NCBI GenBank assembly: GCA_965217585.1
Contig: OZ244561.1
Span: 1,056,001 to 1,120,000 of the forward strand
Length of the DNA stretch: 64,000 nucleotides
Reading direction: 5' to 3'
DNA from: Candidatus Latescibacterota bacterium
GTDB lineage: Bacteria > Latescibacterota > UBA2968 > UBA8231
Position numbers and translations under genes: made by a program. Below, one piece after another: positions 18,403 through 27,795 of the stretch; position 1 is the stretch's first letter; each line of letters begins with the position of its first letter. The notes under the pieces are model-generated. The model was not told the DNA's origin and did not search any database. It worked only from the letters and a program-made list of their open reading frames with translations.

Positions 18403-20385
18403 CTATATCTGGGTGAGGAAACTATCCGTGTGCCCGGTTATATAATCGATGACCAGCCAGATGGCAGCCGCGACGATTTCCCCCGCGATCAGCCCCGTGA
18501 AGAACGGGCGGGCACCTCGGTACAGTTTAGGCCCTCCATATTTCAGCAGCAGCAACTTGATCAGCCAAGCGAGATACGCGCTGAAGGCGATGTGGGCCGT
18601 CTTCCAGTTGGCGCTGATCATATAACCTACTGGACTAAGGGGCCACCAGAGCAAGTGTTGCCGGGCCCACATCAACAGCGCCATCGCGGTGCCGCCAATG
18701 CCCATGAAGATCCAGGCCTCGGCAAGAGGGCCAGTAGGTTCGCCAGCTATGCGCGGAGCCATATTCGCAGGTCCAGCCCTCGCCGCTCCCCAGCCGTACC
18801 AGAGTGGATTGAGGTTGATTCCCCCGTATTTATACGACAGGTGCAAAGTCATATAAGTCGATGCGGCCAGACTGACCAGAATAGCAGTGATTACAACCCA
18901 GAAAAGACGCCGTTTCGAGCCTTTGAAAGCCTGACTTATCTTCAACCCGTTGGCCACCGAAGACATCACAAAAGAGCGGATCTCGGCATGCCATCCGTAG
19001 GTGAACCCCAAAGCCACTAAGCCTTCGGCTCCCAAAGAGGAAGTGCCCGCCCCGGCAATGAGAAAGCTAGCCGTGGTGATCGGTGGCCGCATTGCCGGTA
19101 GACCGCCTTCGGCCACGGCGCGAGTCAGGCCCAGATAAAGCACCATGGCACCGAGGGTGAATATCAGTGCCATCAGGAGCGGGAGACCGCTCATCCACAA
19201 CCCCATAACGATCAGGGATAGCGAGATAAGCAAACCGAAAAAGGCCTGCCGGTAGGATAGCATCTCGGCCGAATCGTCCGTCTCGAAATTCCGTCGGCAA
19301 GCCTTGTTGACTACTTCTCGCAAATGCCTGCGGGCAACCCAGAGCCCGACCCCCACGAAGACGATCATGGCCCCCATTCCCTGATGAGCGGAAAAAGGGT
19401 CGGGCGCGTATTCGTCCAACCGGTGCGTACTCTGCAGACCGATCATGCTGAAGATGCCGCGTTGAATTGTGGTGAGGGTATAGAAGACCCAGATGGAGGC
19501 GGAGATATCGAGATTGACGAAGTAGAAGAAGCCGATCCAGGGCGGGTTGAGCCAGAACTCCATGGCAACCTCGTTGCGGAACAGAAGGAGTCTGGCATGG
19601 CGTTCGACTTCTGGAAAAAAGGGGAAATGAGCATGCAGGCCATTGACGCTTAGCAGAATGAATGAGAAGGCGAAACCCATCCACATGATCCTATTGGCGA
19701 AAAAGGGCCTGCCGACGATTCCGCCCTTCTCCTGTTGGATCATCTCCATCGGCACCTGTGCCAGCGGATACACCAGCCTCTCCCGGTCCATCCATTGCTT
19801 GCGGAGAATCACCATACTGAAAATCATGGCCGCGCAGAGCACTAGGAAAAAGCCATACCAACAGGCCAGCGGGTAGATCCAGGGCACCCAGGGAGTCGAG
19901 GCACCCTGGGGCAGTCCTTCAAAGAAGAACCGCACGACGTTTTCGCCTTGCGGGATCATCCATGCGGAGATGTATTGATTGTAGGACTCGTCCCAGCCGT
20001 TTTCCGGCGTGGCGTAATAAGTGGAACCCACCAAGCAGGGAATCATGAACTGCGTGAACCCCATGCCGGGAATACAGCAGGCTATTATCAGCATGATGTA
20101 AATGGTGATCTGTTCGGCCTGGGTCAGGGCTAGAGGTCTGCGAATAAGGGCTACCAGCCCGTTGGCTAGGACCAGAAAAAAAAAGAAGAACAGTGCCGCC
20201 GGCGTACTGAAGTTCAGAGTGAGGTACGACCCGCGGATCATGGTGGTGGCGTAGACGTCCAGAAAATTGAGGAAAAAGGAGAGCACCGCCCCGATCAAGA
20301 TGCTCCGCAGCGTGATGCCGCTCGCCCCGGATGCGGTCCCAGCTTGGAGAGGACTTGTGTTTTCTTTTTGTCGAGCCTCAGTCAT
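18403..20385 (-). CDS. DUF6785/DUF6784-type OPT-like polytopic membrane protein
   Basis: 660 aa. YYATPEN, RKQWMDRERLVYPLAQVP, AHQGMGAM, RAVAEGG and WWPLSPVG motifs. Paralog of 8448-10382. Confidence 0.85.
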   Translation of the reverse strand: MTEARQKENTSPLQAGTASGASGITLRSILIGAVLSFFLNFLDVYATTMIRGSYLTLNFSTPAALFFFFFLVLANGLVALIRRPLALTQAEQITIYIMLIIACCIPGMGFTQFMIPCLVGSTYYATPENGWDESYNQYISAWMIPQGENVVRFFFEGLPQGASTPWVPWIYPLACWYGFFLVLCAAMIFSMVILRKQWMDRERLVYPLAQVPMEMIQQEKGGIVGRPFFANRIMWMGFAFSFILLSVNGLHAHFPFFPEVERHARLLLFRNEVAMEFWLNPPWIGFFYFVNLDISASIWVFYTLTTIQRGIFSMIGLQSTHRLDEYAPDPFSAHQGMGAMIVFVGVGLWVARRHLREVVNKACRRNFETDDSAEMLSYRQAFFGLLISLSLIVMGLWMSGLPLLMALIFTLGAMVLYLGLTRAVAEGGLPAMRPPITTASFLIAGAGTSSLGAEGLVALGFTYGWHAEIRSFVMSSVANGLKISQAFKGSKRRLFWVVITAILVSLAASTYMTLHLSYKYGGINLNPLWYGWGAARAGPANMAPRIAGEPTGPLAEAWIFMGIGGTAMALLMWARQHLLWWPLSPVGYMISANWKTAHIAFSAYLAWLIKLLLLKYGGPKLYRGARPFFTGLIAGEIVAAAIWLVIDYITGHTDSFLTQI

Positions 20386-20460
20386 CTATCTTTTTCTTAC
20401 AGATGTCGACCATTAATGGGGGGGGCCGAGCCCGAGGGGCAGACGGAAGGAAGAAGCCGC

Positions 20461-23025
20461 TCAATAGGCCAGGGAGATCAGTTTGGTCGCGATCGACTGG
20501 CCGAAGTCCTCGGCGTCCACCTCCATACCAACGCGACAAATGTACAGACCAGGCGGTGCGAGCTGACCACTGTCGTCGCGGCCGTCCCAGACCAGACGCT
20601 GAAGACCTGCAGCGTGCGCTGCGGGGTTTTCGAGTCGCCGCAGCAGGCGGCCCGACAGGCTGTACACCTCCAGCAGCATGACCTTTTGCCCCTGTATTTT
20701 GAATACCGGAAAGGCGAACTCCGCCACATCGTTGATGCCGTCTCCGTTCGGGGTGAAGGGATTCGGCACCACTTCTATCTCGCCTATCAGACTGCCGGCG
20801 GCCGGGCCCTGAACCGTCATCCCACCGCCCTCCACCAAGGTGGTTGCATCGCCGGCATCCACGCGTTGCCATATTCTTTCCCCCTCCTCCTCTCCCATTC
20901 CCACCAGGGCGATAAATTCATGGCTCACCAGATAGAGTACGCTTGCGAAACGCAATTCTACCAGTTGCTGGGACTCTTGCACTGGCTCGGGAAGCCGGAT
21001 CCACAAGGAGTCGGCTCCAGTTTCGAACCGTTCCAACTCGTCCGGGCCATACAATTTCCCCCCGCCCTCCGCCAGTTCGCTCTCCGACCCCACCCGCGCA
21101 TCCACCAACTCCGCCTCAATACCCGGAGGAAGTTCTACTAGCACTAGGTCGAATCCCTGGTGATTGTTCCCGAGTAGGGGCTTGAGGAAAAGGGATAGGA
21201 CTTCCCTCTGTCCGCTCTGTCGAGTTCTGCGCGGCCCAACCTCGCCTATGATCTGACTGGCCAAGGGATCTTCGAGGAAGATGCGCAGGTTGTGCAGCTG
21301 CGCCGCCCGCTCCGGGTCGTCGGAGAGTAAGGTGGCCTGGATCATCGCGTGGCTCCGGGGGCTGGGTGAGGTAATGGCCGCACCTGGCTCCAGATAGGGC
21401 GAACTCCAGTTGCTCCAGTCTTCTCCAGGAATAAAGGTAATCAGCGAATCCCCTCGCAGAAAACTCAGCGTTTTGTAGTATGTTTTCCTGTCCACCGGAA
21501 GCCCAGCCGAGGTGAAGTACTCGATCTTCTTGTCGATCTTGTCCCCGGTCCGGGTGCGGATCATCACCTCGGTTTTAGGGGGGGTGTCCGCCTCCCAGGC
21601 GATGCTGGAGAGAATGCGGGGATTCTGTCCCAACTCGATTATGTCCGAGGTCAGCGATACTCGGGGAATAAATCCGCGGCCATAGAGCTGGATCTCCCGT
21701 ATCTTGCTGCTAATCCACCTGGAGATGAGCAGGCGGTACGCGATTTTCACATAGCGCGCCCTAGTGAGGGGGAAGAGGTTGTCCTGGTAAAATCTCTTCC
21801 CCACCGCCGGATCCTGGGTCCCGTCTTGGCCTCGGGCGGCCAACTGCACGTAGACAAAACTGCCGTCCGGTGCTCGGGAGCCGTCCGATAAACTTATTAT
21901 GTGGTTGGGCAGCGTGGCATTGGATGATCCGTCGTTGCCCGCTTCTACGGCGAAGACGAAAAAGACCCGATTTATCCAGTACCAAGTACCCAGGTCGAAG
22001 AGAATCTCCCGGTCGATGACATCGACGACTGCGTTGCCACCGCCTACTGCCACCTGTACGTCCCAAAAAGATCTGTAGTCGCCGTCAATTGTGCGGAATT
22101 CGTTTCCCGAGTTGCCGAACCCGACCATCCGGCCGCCCCGGGCCACAGCGCCCAGACTGATGTTGTCGCCGGCGCTCCACACCTCGATCTCGGCCAGCCG
22201 CGGACGTTCCCGGCGATAGTACTTGATCGGACCGCGCTCCTCTGGGTCGGCAATGGCTTGGTACGCGTCCGGATCCACCTCGCGCAAGACGTCGGCGGCC
22301 TCACGGCGAAAGTAGAGAATATCGCCCCGATCCTCCTCGGGCAGGCTGTTCCAGCGCGCCTCGCTGATTTCTCCGGCCTGGCCTCCATCGCTGGCCGTGG
22401 CCACGATCTGGACGAATTGGATCAGATCCCCGAGCAGAGCTGGATCGGCCCTCAGGGACGGCTGTAGATCGAATTCGAAGACGCGCTGCGTCTTGTTGAG
22501 ACCTTCGCTGCGACCGACGAGGACGTAATTCAGCGCTTCGCTCTGCTGAAAGGCGGACAGGCCGTTTGAGGTGAGTAGATTGAATTGCAACAAGGGATCG
22601 CCGACCTCTTCGCCGACGAATTTAACCACTATTTTCTGCACCCATACCGTCCTGCCCAAGTCGATCTCGACCCACCATTTTTTTAGGGGAGTATTCGCGG
22701 CCGGTTCCCAGTAGGTATCGTCCTGCCCGTCTATGAGGTTGCCGGCCAGATCCAGGTTTGTTCCCGCGTCCCGGATGCCCCCTCTCAGCCCCTCCCCATA
22801 GGTGAAGGAGTCGGCATTCAGGGCCACATTGGTCCGCGCTTGGACGTATTGCGGCCGGGGCCCTGCGACGCCAAATTCCACCGCGCCATTGGGAAAGCTC
22901 CAGTCCCTCCAGTTCGTCTCGTCGACTACCAGTTCATCCCCTACAAAGCGGAAACCCTGGGCTCCTCCCCCTGACGCGAGCAGCAAAATACAGCCGATAA
23001 CCCGCAATTGGTCAGCGCCGCACAT
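20461..23025 (-). CDS. Secreted discoidin-like protein with C-terminal FTPNGDG / FlgD-Ig domain
   Basis: Signal peptide, NLIDG..DTYW and W.EIDLG (F5/8-like), WSNWSSPY, then PNPFTPNGDGIND...WDGRDDSG...PGLY. Ends in Tyr. Confidence 0.8.
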   Translation of the reverse strand: MCGADQLRVIGCILLLASGGGAQGFRFVGDELVVDETNWRDWSFPNGAVEFGVAGPRPQYVQARTNVALNADSFTYGEGLRGGIRDAGTNLDLAGNLIDGQDDTYWEPAANTPLKKWWVEIDLGRTVWVQKIVVKFVGEEVGDPLLQFNLLTSNGLSAFQQSEALNYVLVGRSEGLNKTQRVFEFDLQPSLRADPALLGDLIQFVQIVATASDGGQAGEISEARWNSLPEEDRGDILYFRREAADVLREVDPDAYQAIADPEERGPIKYYRRERPRLAEIEVWSAGDNISLGAVARGGRMVGFGNSGNEFRTIDGDYRSFWDVQVAVGGGNAVVDVIDREILFDLGTWYWINRVFFVFAVEAGNDGSSNATLPNHIISLSDGSRAPDGSFVYVQLAARGQDGTQDPAVGKRFYQDNLFPLTRARYVKIAYRLLISRWISSKIREIQLYGRGFIPRVSLTSDIIELGQNPRILSSIAWEADTPPKTEVMIRTRTGDKIDKKIEYFTSAGLPVDRKTYYKTLSFLRGDSLITFIPGEDWSNWSSPYLEPGAAITSPSPRSHAMIQATLLSDDPERAAQLHNLRIFLEDPLASQIIGEVGPRRTRQSGQREVLSLFLKPLLGNNHQGFDLVLVELPPGIEAELVDARVGSESELAEGGGKLYGPDELERFETGADSLWIRLPEPVQESQQLVELRFASVLYLVSHEFIALVGMGEEEGERIWQRVDAGDATTLVEGGGMTVQGPAAGSLIGEIEVVPNPFTPNGDGINDVAEFAFPVFKIQGQKVMLLEVYSLSGRLLRRLENPAAHAAGLQRLVWDGRDDSGQLAPPGLYICRVGMEVDAEDFGQSIATKLISLAY

Positions 23026-23103
23026 GGTACTCTTCCTTTGTCGTTTCCGAAGCTGTCTTAAAAATTCCGATGGTCCCAGAACGCGGGGATTTAAGCCAGC
23101 TGC

Positions 23104-24984
23104 TCAATAGACCACCGCGATAGTCCCCACTTCCCGATCCACGCCTTTTTCTGCCTCCACTGAGATTCGATAGACGTACAATCCCGGTGGCACCAGTTGC
23201 CCGTCGACGTCCATCCCATCCCAGGTAAAGCTGAATCTTCCACTCTGCTGGGAGCCCTCGTGGACCACCCTTATCAGTTGGCCGGACAGGTCGAAAATCA
23301 GCAGTTTGAGAGGAGCAACGCCTGTCAGCTGCAGCAGGTTGAATGAAAACCCGACTGTCTCGTTTATGCCGTCTCCATTGGGTGTGAAGGACGCCGGTTC
23401 CACCTGTAGATCCGCCAGCAGTCGCTTGAGAAAGGTCGTGCGCACGGATAGGGTTTCGCTCCGCAGTTCCCTGGCGGCATCTCCCGGGTTGATTCGCTGT
23501 GCCAGTTCCAGGGGGCGCGAGGTGTCCCGCACCCAGCCGGCGAATTCGGTGCTGTAGCGTAGTACGGGCGCGCGGAATAGCACCTCGACCAAGGTCCCGG
23601 ATTTCCCCGCTTCGAGGCGGTCCGACAGTTGGACGGCGAAAAAGGTCGAATCCAGAAGGTCGATATGCTGGGTGAACTCCACTGGAACCCCGCCGACCTT
23701 CACGGAATCGACGGCCACCAGTCCGAAGGGGGCCGATATTTCTATGCGGTCGAAACCCGAGTGCTCGGTCCGGATGGTGGGCTGAATGGCATAGGTGAGC
23801 CGGGCCGTCTGTCCCAGAGGCACCTCGGGAGGATAAATTTCCCCGCGCACGTCTTCGGCCAGCGGCGGTTTGGTGGCGCTCAATTCGACGAACTCCAGCT
23901 CTCCGCCGTCCCCGGCCGTGGGCGAGAAATCGACCCTCAACTGAACAACCGAATTGGGGCCCGGAGAGAGAAAGGGTGTGCCACTGCTGTCGGCAAAAGC
24001 GTAGGGCGGTGACCAGAAACTCCAGTTCTCAGTATCATAGGTAATTTCAGCGGCCTCGCCGGGCTTCAGGCGGCGGTAGGCGTTCGCGTCCAAGGGATTG
24101 CCGTTCCTGTCGAAGCGGGCAGTTTCGCTGCCCCGCCCGGTAAACCGCCAGTACACATTTGGATCTAGGTCTTTGCCGGTCCGCGACTGTATCCAGACCC
24201 TGGCCTGGGGATCGCTGCGCCCCCCCCATTTCAAATCGCCCCAGATCGCCGGTTCTTCCAAGTCGATGAACTCTCCCACATAGAAGGCTTGGTCGATGTA
24301 CCCCTCCCCGTAGACCTCAATTTCCGCCATCTTCACTTCTTTGGCCAGATCCGTTCGGGTGAATACCATGTACACGCTCCTGGCCAGCGTCGAGGGAAAC
24401 CCCACGTCAATTGTATCCTGCACATTTTCGGTCAATCTGAGGATCACATTGCCGCTCACCGCATTCAAAACCTCAAGGCTCGGTGCCGGGGTTGGGTAGG
24501 TAGCGATATCCAGTCTGTCCGGATAATGGCCGCTGCCAAAGGTGAAAATCCGCACCCGGTCTATGTGGAACAGACCGCCTAGATCCAAGGCGACCGGTAT
24601 GGTCCGGCCGCCCCAGGGACCAGCGGGCACCCAATTGTAGAAGGTGCCGGGGTCGCCGTCCGTTATCTTGCGAGTGTCGTCGGACACTCCAAAACCGGCG
24701 TACACCGCAGCGGAGGTATGAGCCCCACCACCCCGCGCCAAGCTGGTGCGCGCGATATTCTCCCCCGCGTTCATGAAAAGGGGCCGCAGAATCCCCCGGG
24801 CCAGGGCCTCTTCGTCGAGGCCCTGCTGTTCCGTGAAATCGCTCCACTGCAGCTGGTGGTAATTCACCTCGGGTAGGTCCACGCGGGGTTTGTCTGCTCC
24901 ACCTATGCGGTAGACCTCCAAGGCCTCGACCCATCCCGCGGCCAGTACCAGCACCGCCAGCAGGGTCGCGATACTCGTTCTCAT
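23104..24984 (-). CDS. Secreted discoidin-like protein with C-terminal FTPNGDG / FlgD-Ig domain
   Basis: Signal peptide MRTSIATLLAVLVLAAGWVEA, then ALDLGG, EIEVYGEGY, WSFWSPPY and FTPNGDGINE...WDGMD..G..VPPGLY. Ends in Tyr. Confidence 0.8.
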   Translation of the reverse strand: MRTSIATLLAVLVLAAGWVEALEVYRIGGADKPRVDLPEVNYHQLQWSDFTEQQGLDEEALARGILRPLFMNAGENIARTSLARGGGAHTSAAVYAGFGVSDDTRKITDGDPGTFYNWVPAGPWGGRTIPVALDLGGLFHIDRVRIFTFGSGHYPDRLDIATYPTPAPSLEVLNAVSGNVILRLTENVQDTIDVGFPSTLARSVYMVFTRTDLAKEVKMAEIEVYGEGYIDQAFYVGEFIDLEEPAIWGDLKWGGRSDPQARVWIQSRTGKDLDPNVYWRFTGRGSETARFDRNGNPLDANAYRRLKPGEAAEITYDTENWSFWSPPYAFADSSGTPFLSPGPNSVVQLRVDFSPTAGDGGELEFVELSATKPPLAEDVRGEIYPPEVPLGQTARLTYAIQPTIRTEHSGFDRIEISAPFGLVAVDSVKVGGVPVEFTQHIDLLDSTFFAVQLSDRLEAGKSGTLVEVLFRAPVLRYSTEFAGWVRDTSRPLELAQRINPGDAARELRSETLSVRTTFLKRLLADLQVEPASFTPNGDGINETVGFSFNLLQLTGVAPLKLLIFDLSGQLIRVVHEGSQQSGRFSFTWDGMDVDGQLVPPGLYVYRISVEAEKGVDREVGTIAVVY

Positions 24985-25022
24985 AATTGTCAACTCTGGT
25001 TTTGCAACGGCTCCAAGCCGCC

Positions 25023-27734
25023 TCATTCGAGCGCCGCATGGGTCGTGATGAACAGGTTCATCCCTGAGAAGGGGTCTTCCCCCTTGCGGTCCAACCGGCT
25101 GCTCCGCAAACCCACCTGGGTAGTCAGGCGATAGCCCAAGTAATCGCCCGTATTGGAGTACTGGACTGCGAGGATGGTCTCCCGAAAATCCTCCTGCAAA
25201 CCCGGTGGTGCCGGGTCTTTGAGCTGACTGAATACGGTGTACTCGACCCCCATCTGTACGTCGGAACTGGCCAGCAACCCCATGCGGGCGATCAAGAAGA
25301 AGATGAAGGTATTCTCTTTTCTCACGGGATCGTTTTTCAGTAGCGGCGCTTCGAGTCTCAGTTCGTTTTTGATCTTGGGAATCACCTCGACGCCACCCAA
25401 AGGCTGTCGGTACTCGGCCTTGTTGATCAAGCCGAAGAACTGGTGATTGCGGCGGAACGTCGGCTGGCGCTGGCGCTGGTGCCAGATTTCGTATTTCAGC
25501 TTGTTGACGAGTTTCAAATTGGCTCTTCCAGTATAATCGAAAGAGAGAAAGGTGGAGTTGATCCAGGTGTTGGAGGCGGCCAGCGGATCATCGATGCGCT
25601 TCAGGGTTCCCTGAGAGCCCACCGGTTGCACCCACTGGACGAGATGGTCCGGGATCTCATCTTCGACTATTTTGAACAGTTCGAAAAGCCGGAACCGGCC
25701 CACCCCGGCCATATCGAGGTTCCAGGTGAGCAGACTATAGACGCTTCTATCGACCCGGTCGTCGGACAGCATGTGCGCCCGTTTATATCCGGTGGTCAAG
25801 CGCATTTCTGGCGTGATATACACTCCGGTGTAGGCATTGATGCCCGCCTGGTCGCGATCGTAGGGATAATCCGGCTCCTCGTCGTTTTCAAAGCGGTCGA
25901 TCCAAAAGTTATTGTTCATATCCACCCCGAAGAGGAACTCCGGGCGGTCGACGTTGTAGCGCAGGAAGGGCTCTTCGTAATCGGGGATGAAATTTGGGCG
26001 GAACTCGTTGTCGTTCTGGTTGAAATCGGAGATGAAATCGTTGTTTTCGTCCCAACCCGGAAAAATATTCAGATCCGGACCGCCCTGGTTTAGCCGCTGC
26101 CAGTCGGGGGTGCGGTCCTGGTCGTCGTTGTCTTCTACCCACTCGTAGAAGTACCTGCGCTCGTTCTCGTAGTCGATGTCGCCGGCTAGGTTGGCGATTA
26201 GGCTCGTCGTACCGTAGCCGCGGTCCATACTATACGCTTCCCCAAAGAAAAACCACGGGTGCCACTTTCTGGCCAGATTGACCATATAGGCATTGGCGTT
26301 CTCCTCACTTGTGCGGTGAGTATCGAAGGTCCGATTCGGATATTTGCGGAAACGCCGGCTGCGGTCAAACTCGGCGTAAAGGTCAAAGCCCCACGCATTC
26401 TGCAGCTCGAGGTTGAAGCCAATGACATCATTCCCCGTGGGCAGACCATAGTCTAGTTTCACGACCTGCACGTTGGAGCCATCCTTTACATTTTTCGCCG
26501 CCCGTTTCATGGTCAGGAAGACGGGCTGCGGGGACGACTGGAGGTTGGTCTGGCGGTCCGAGCTCATCTCGATGTGGTAATCGTTGGCCACTACCAGTTC
26601 GACTGAGACTCGGCGAATGGTGGAAGGATCGGGGCCTCTATACGCGCCGGCGCGAAAGTCGTAGGTCATGTCGATCTGCTCGCTCCCATCGGCAACCAAA
26701 AACCCCTGGCCCTTGAAGCCGCCCTCGACAATGGGCTCAAAACCGATCTCACTGCCGCGGACTACTTCCTTGCGGCGCCCCACGACCCGCTCTCCCTGCA
26801 GATTCTCACCCACCGTATCGGTTTCGGCCTCGATGAGGATATCCCACGAAAATAGCGTCGCCCCACCCTCGCGGTCATCCGGTGAATCGTCGCTCAAGCG
26901 GATGAAGAGCTGGCCTATGTGTTCGAGATTCTGGCCTACCGTCAGCGAACCGCTCAGCGGATTCCCCTTGAAGCTCTCCAGCAGCGTCAGGGCGTTGTGG
27001 GCGTTTACGTACGTGCCGCCCAAGGTGATGAAATCGCCGATCTGTCCCGTGCCGTGGAAGCCGTAGAGATTGGTGCTGTTGGTGGTCTCCACCGGAACCT
27101 GAGTGGAGAAGCCTGGGGCATTGATCCGCGATGCCAGTAAGGTCAGGGCGTACTTGTCCGACTGATAATCGGCCTGGACTCCGTCGAAGGCGGGTTTGGA
27201 GAAGGTCATCGGCGTCAGCGTGGTGCGAATCCGGCTGCCAATGGTCAGCGTCAGGTGGTGCTGGCCTTTTCCGTCCGAGGAGATGACCACCTGGTTGAAC
27301 CACGCATTGAATTTCGGGTCTTTGAAAATGACGCTGCCAAATTGCTCCGGCTGCTGCTGGCGCCAGTCGTAGATGAGCCAGCCCCGGGAGATGAAAGAGC
27401 CGTACAGGTCGTAGAAATAATCCCCCTCGATAATGGTAGATACATAGCGCTGGTATTGGTCCCGGGCGTAGTTGGTGTACTCCCACTGCTTCCACTTGTA
27501 GAAGTGGTGGAGTTCCTGGGGCACGTACCACCGCCGCACAGCCGGGTCCAGCGCGTCGAAGAGCACGCCCGACCCCAGGGGTTCGTACGAGACTTCTCCA
27601 CCGCGCGTCTGGCCCAGTCGGGAGCCGTAGTCGATCCTCTGGGCCCCGAGTCGGCTCGCTAGCATTGCAATACATGCAATGCAGAACAAGGCGAGAAGAA
27701 GGTGATTGTCCGCGCGGCTGCTCCATCCCGTCAC
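25023..27734 (-). CDS. Large secreted protein, probable outer-membrane beta-barrel with an Asp-rich Ca-binding insert
   Basis: GTG 27734 with AGGGAGG RBS and a signal peptide. Amphipathic aromatic-rich strands. DNDDQD, WDENND and DMNNN motifs. Confidence 0.7.
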   Translation of the reverse strand: MTGWSSRADNHLLLALFCIACIAMLASRLGAQRIDYGSRLGQTRGGEVSYEPLGSGVLFDALDPAVRRWYVPQELHHFYKWKQWEYTNYARDQYQRYVSTIIEGDYFYDLYGSFISRGWLIYDWRQQQPEQFGSVIFKDPKFNAWFNQVVISSDGKGQHHLTLTIGSRIRTTLTPMTFSKPAFDGVQADYQSDKYALTLLASRINAPGFSTQVPVETTNSTNLYGFHGTGQIGDFITLGGTYVNAHNALTLLESFKGNPLSGSLTVGQNLEHIGQLFIRLSDDSPDDREGGATLFSWDILIEAETDTVGENLQGERVVGRRKEVVRGSEIGFEPIVEGGFKGQGFLVADGSEQIDMTYDFRAGAYRGPDPSTIRRVSVELVVANDYHIEMSSDRQTNLQSSPQPVFLTMKRAAKNVKDGSNVQVVKLDYGLPTGNDVIGFNLELQNAWGFDLYAEFDRSRRFRKYPNRTFDTHRTSEENANAYMVNLARKWHPWFFFGEAYSMDRGYGTTSLIANLAGDIDYENERRYFYEWVEDNDDQDRTPDWQRLNQGGPDLNIFPGWDENNDFISDFNQNDNEFRPNFIPDYEEPFLRYNVDRPEFLFGVDMNNNFWIDRFENDEEPDYPYDRDQAGINAYTGVYITPEMRLTTGYKRAHMLSDDRVDRSVYSLLTWNLDMAGVGRFRLFELFKIVEDEIPDHLVQWVQPVGSQGTLKRIDDPLAASNTWINSTFLSFDYTGRANLKLVNKLKYEIWHQRQRQPTFRRNHQFFGLINKAEYRQPLGGVEVIPKIKNELRLEAPLLKNDPVRKENTFIFFLIARMGLLASSDVQMGVEYTVFSQLKDPAPPGLQEDFRETILAVQYSNTGDYLGYRLTTQVGLRSSRLDRKGEDPFSGMNLFITTHAALE

Positions 27735-27795
27735 TATGCGCCTCCCTATGTGCTTGTTGCGGCCCGGCCCGACTGCCCACAGGCGACTACAGGGC

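Noticed and set aside
18286-21141. Plus-strand ORFs 18286-19020 and 20344-21141
   Set aside because: Antisense to well-supported minus-strand genes, with no recognisable motifs.
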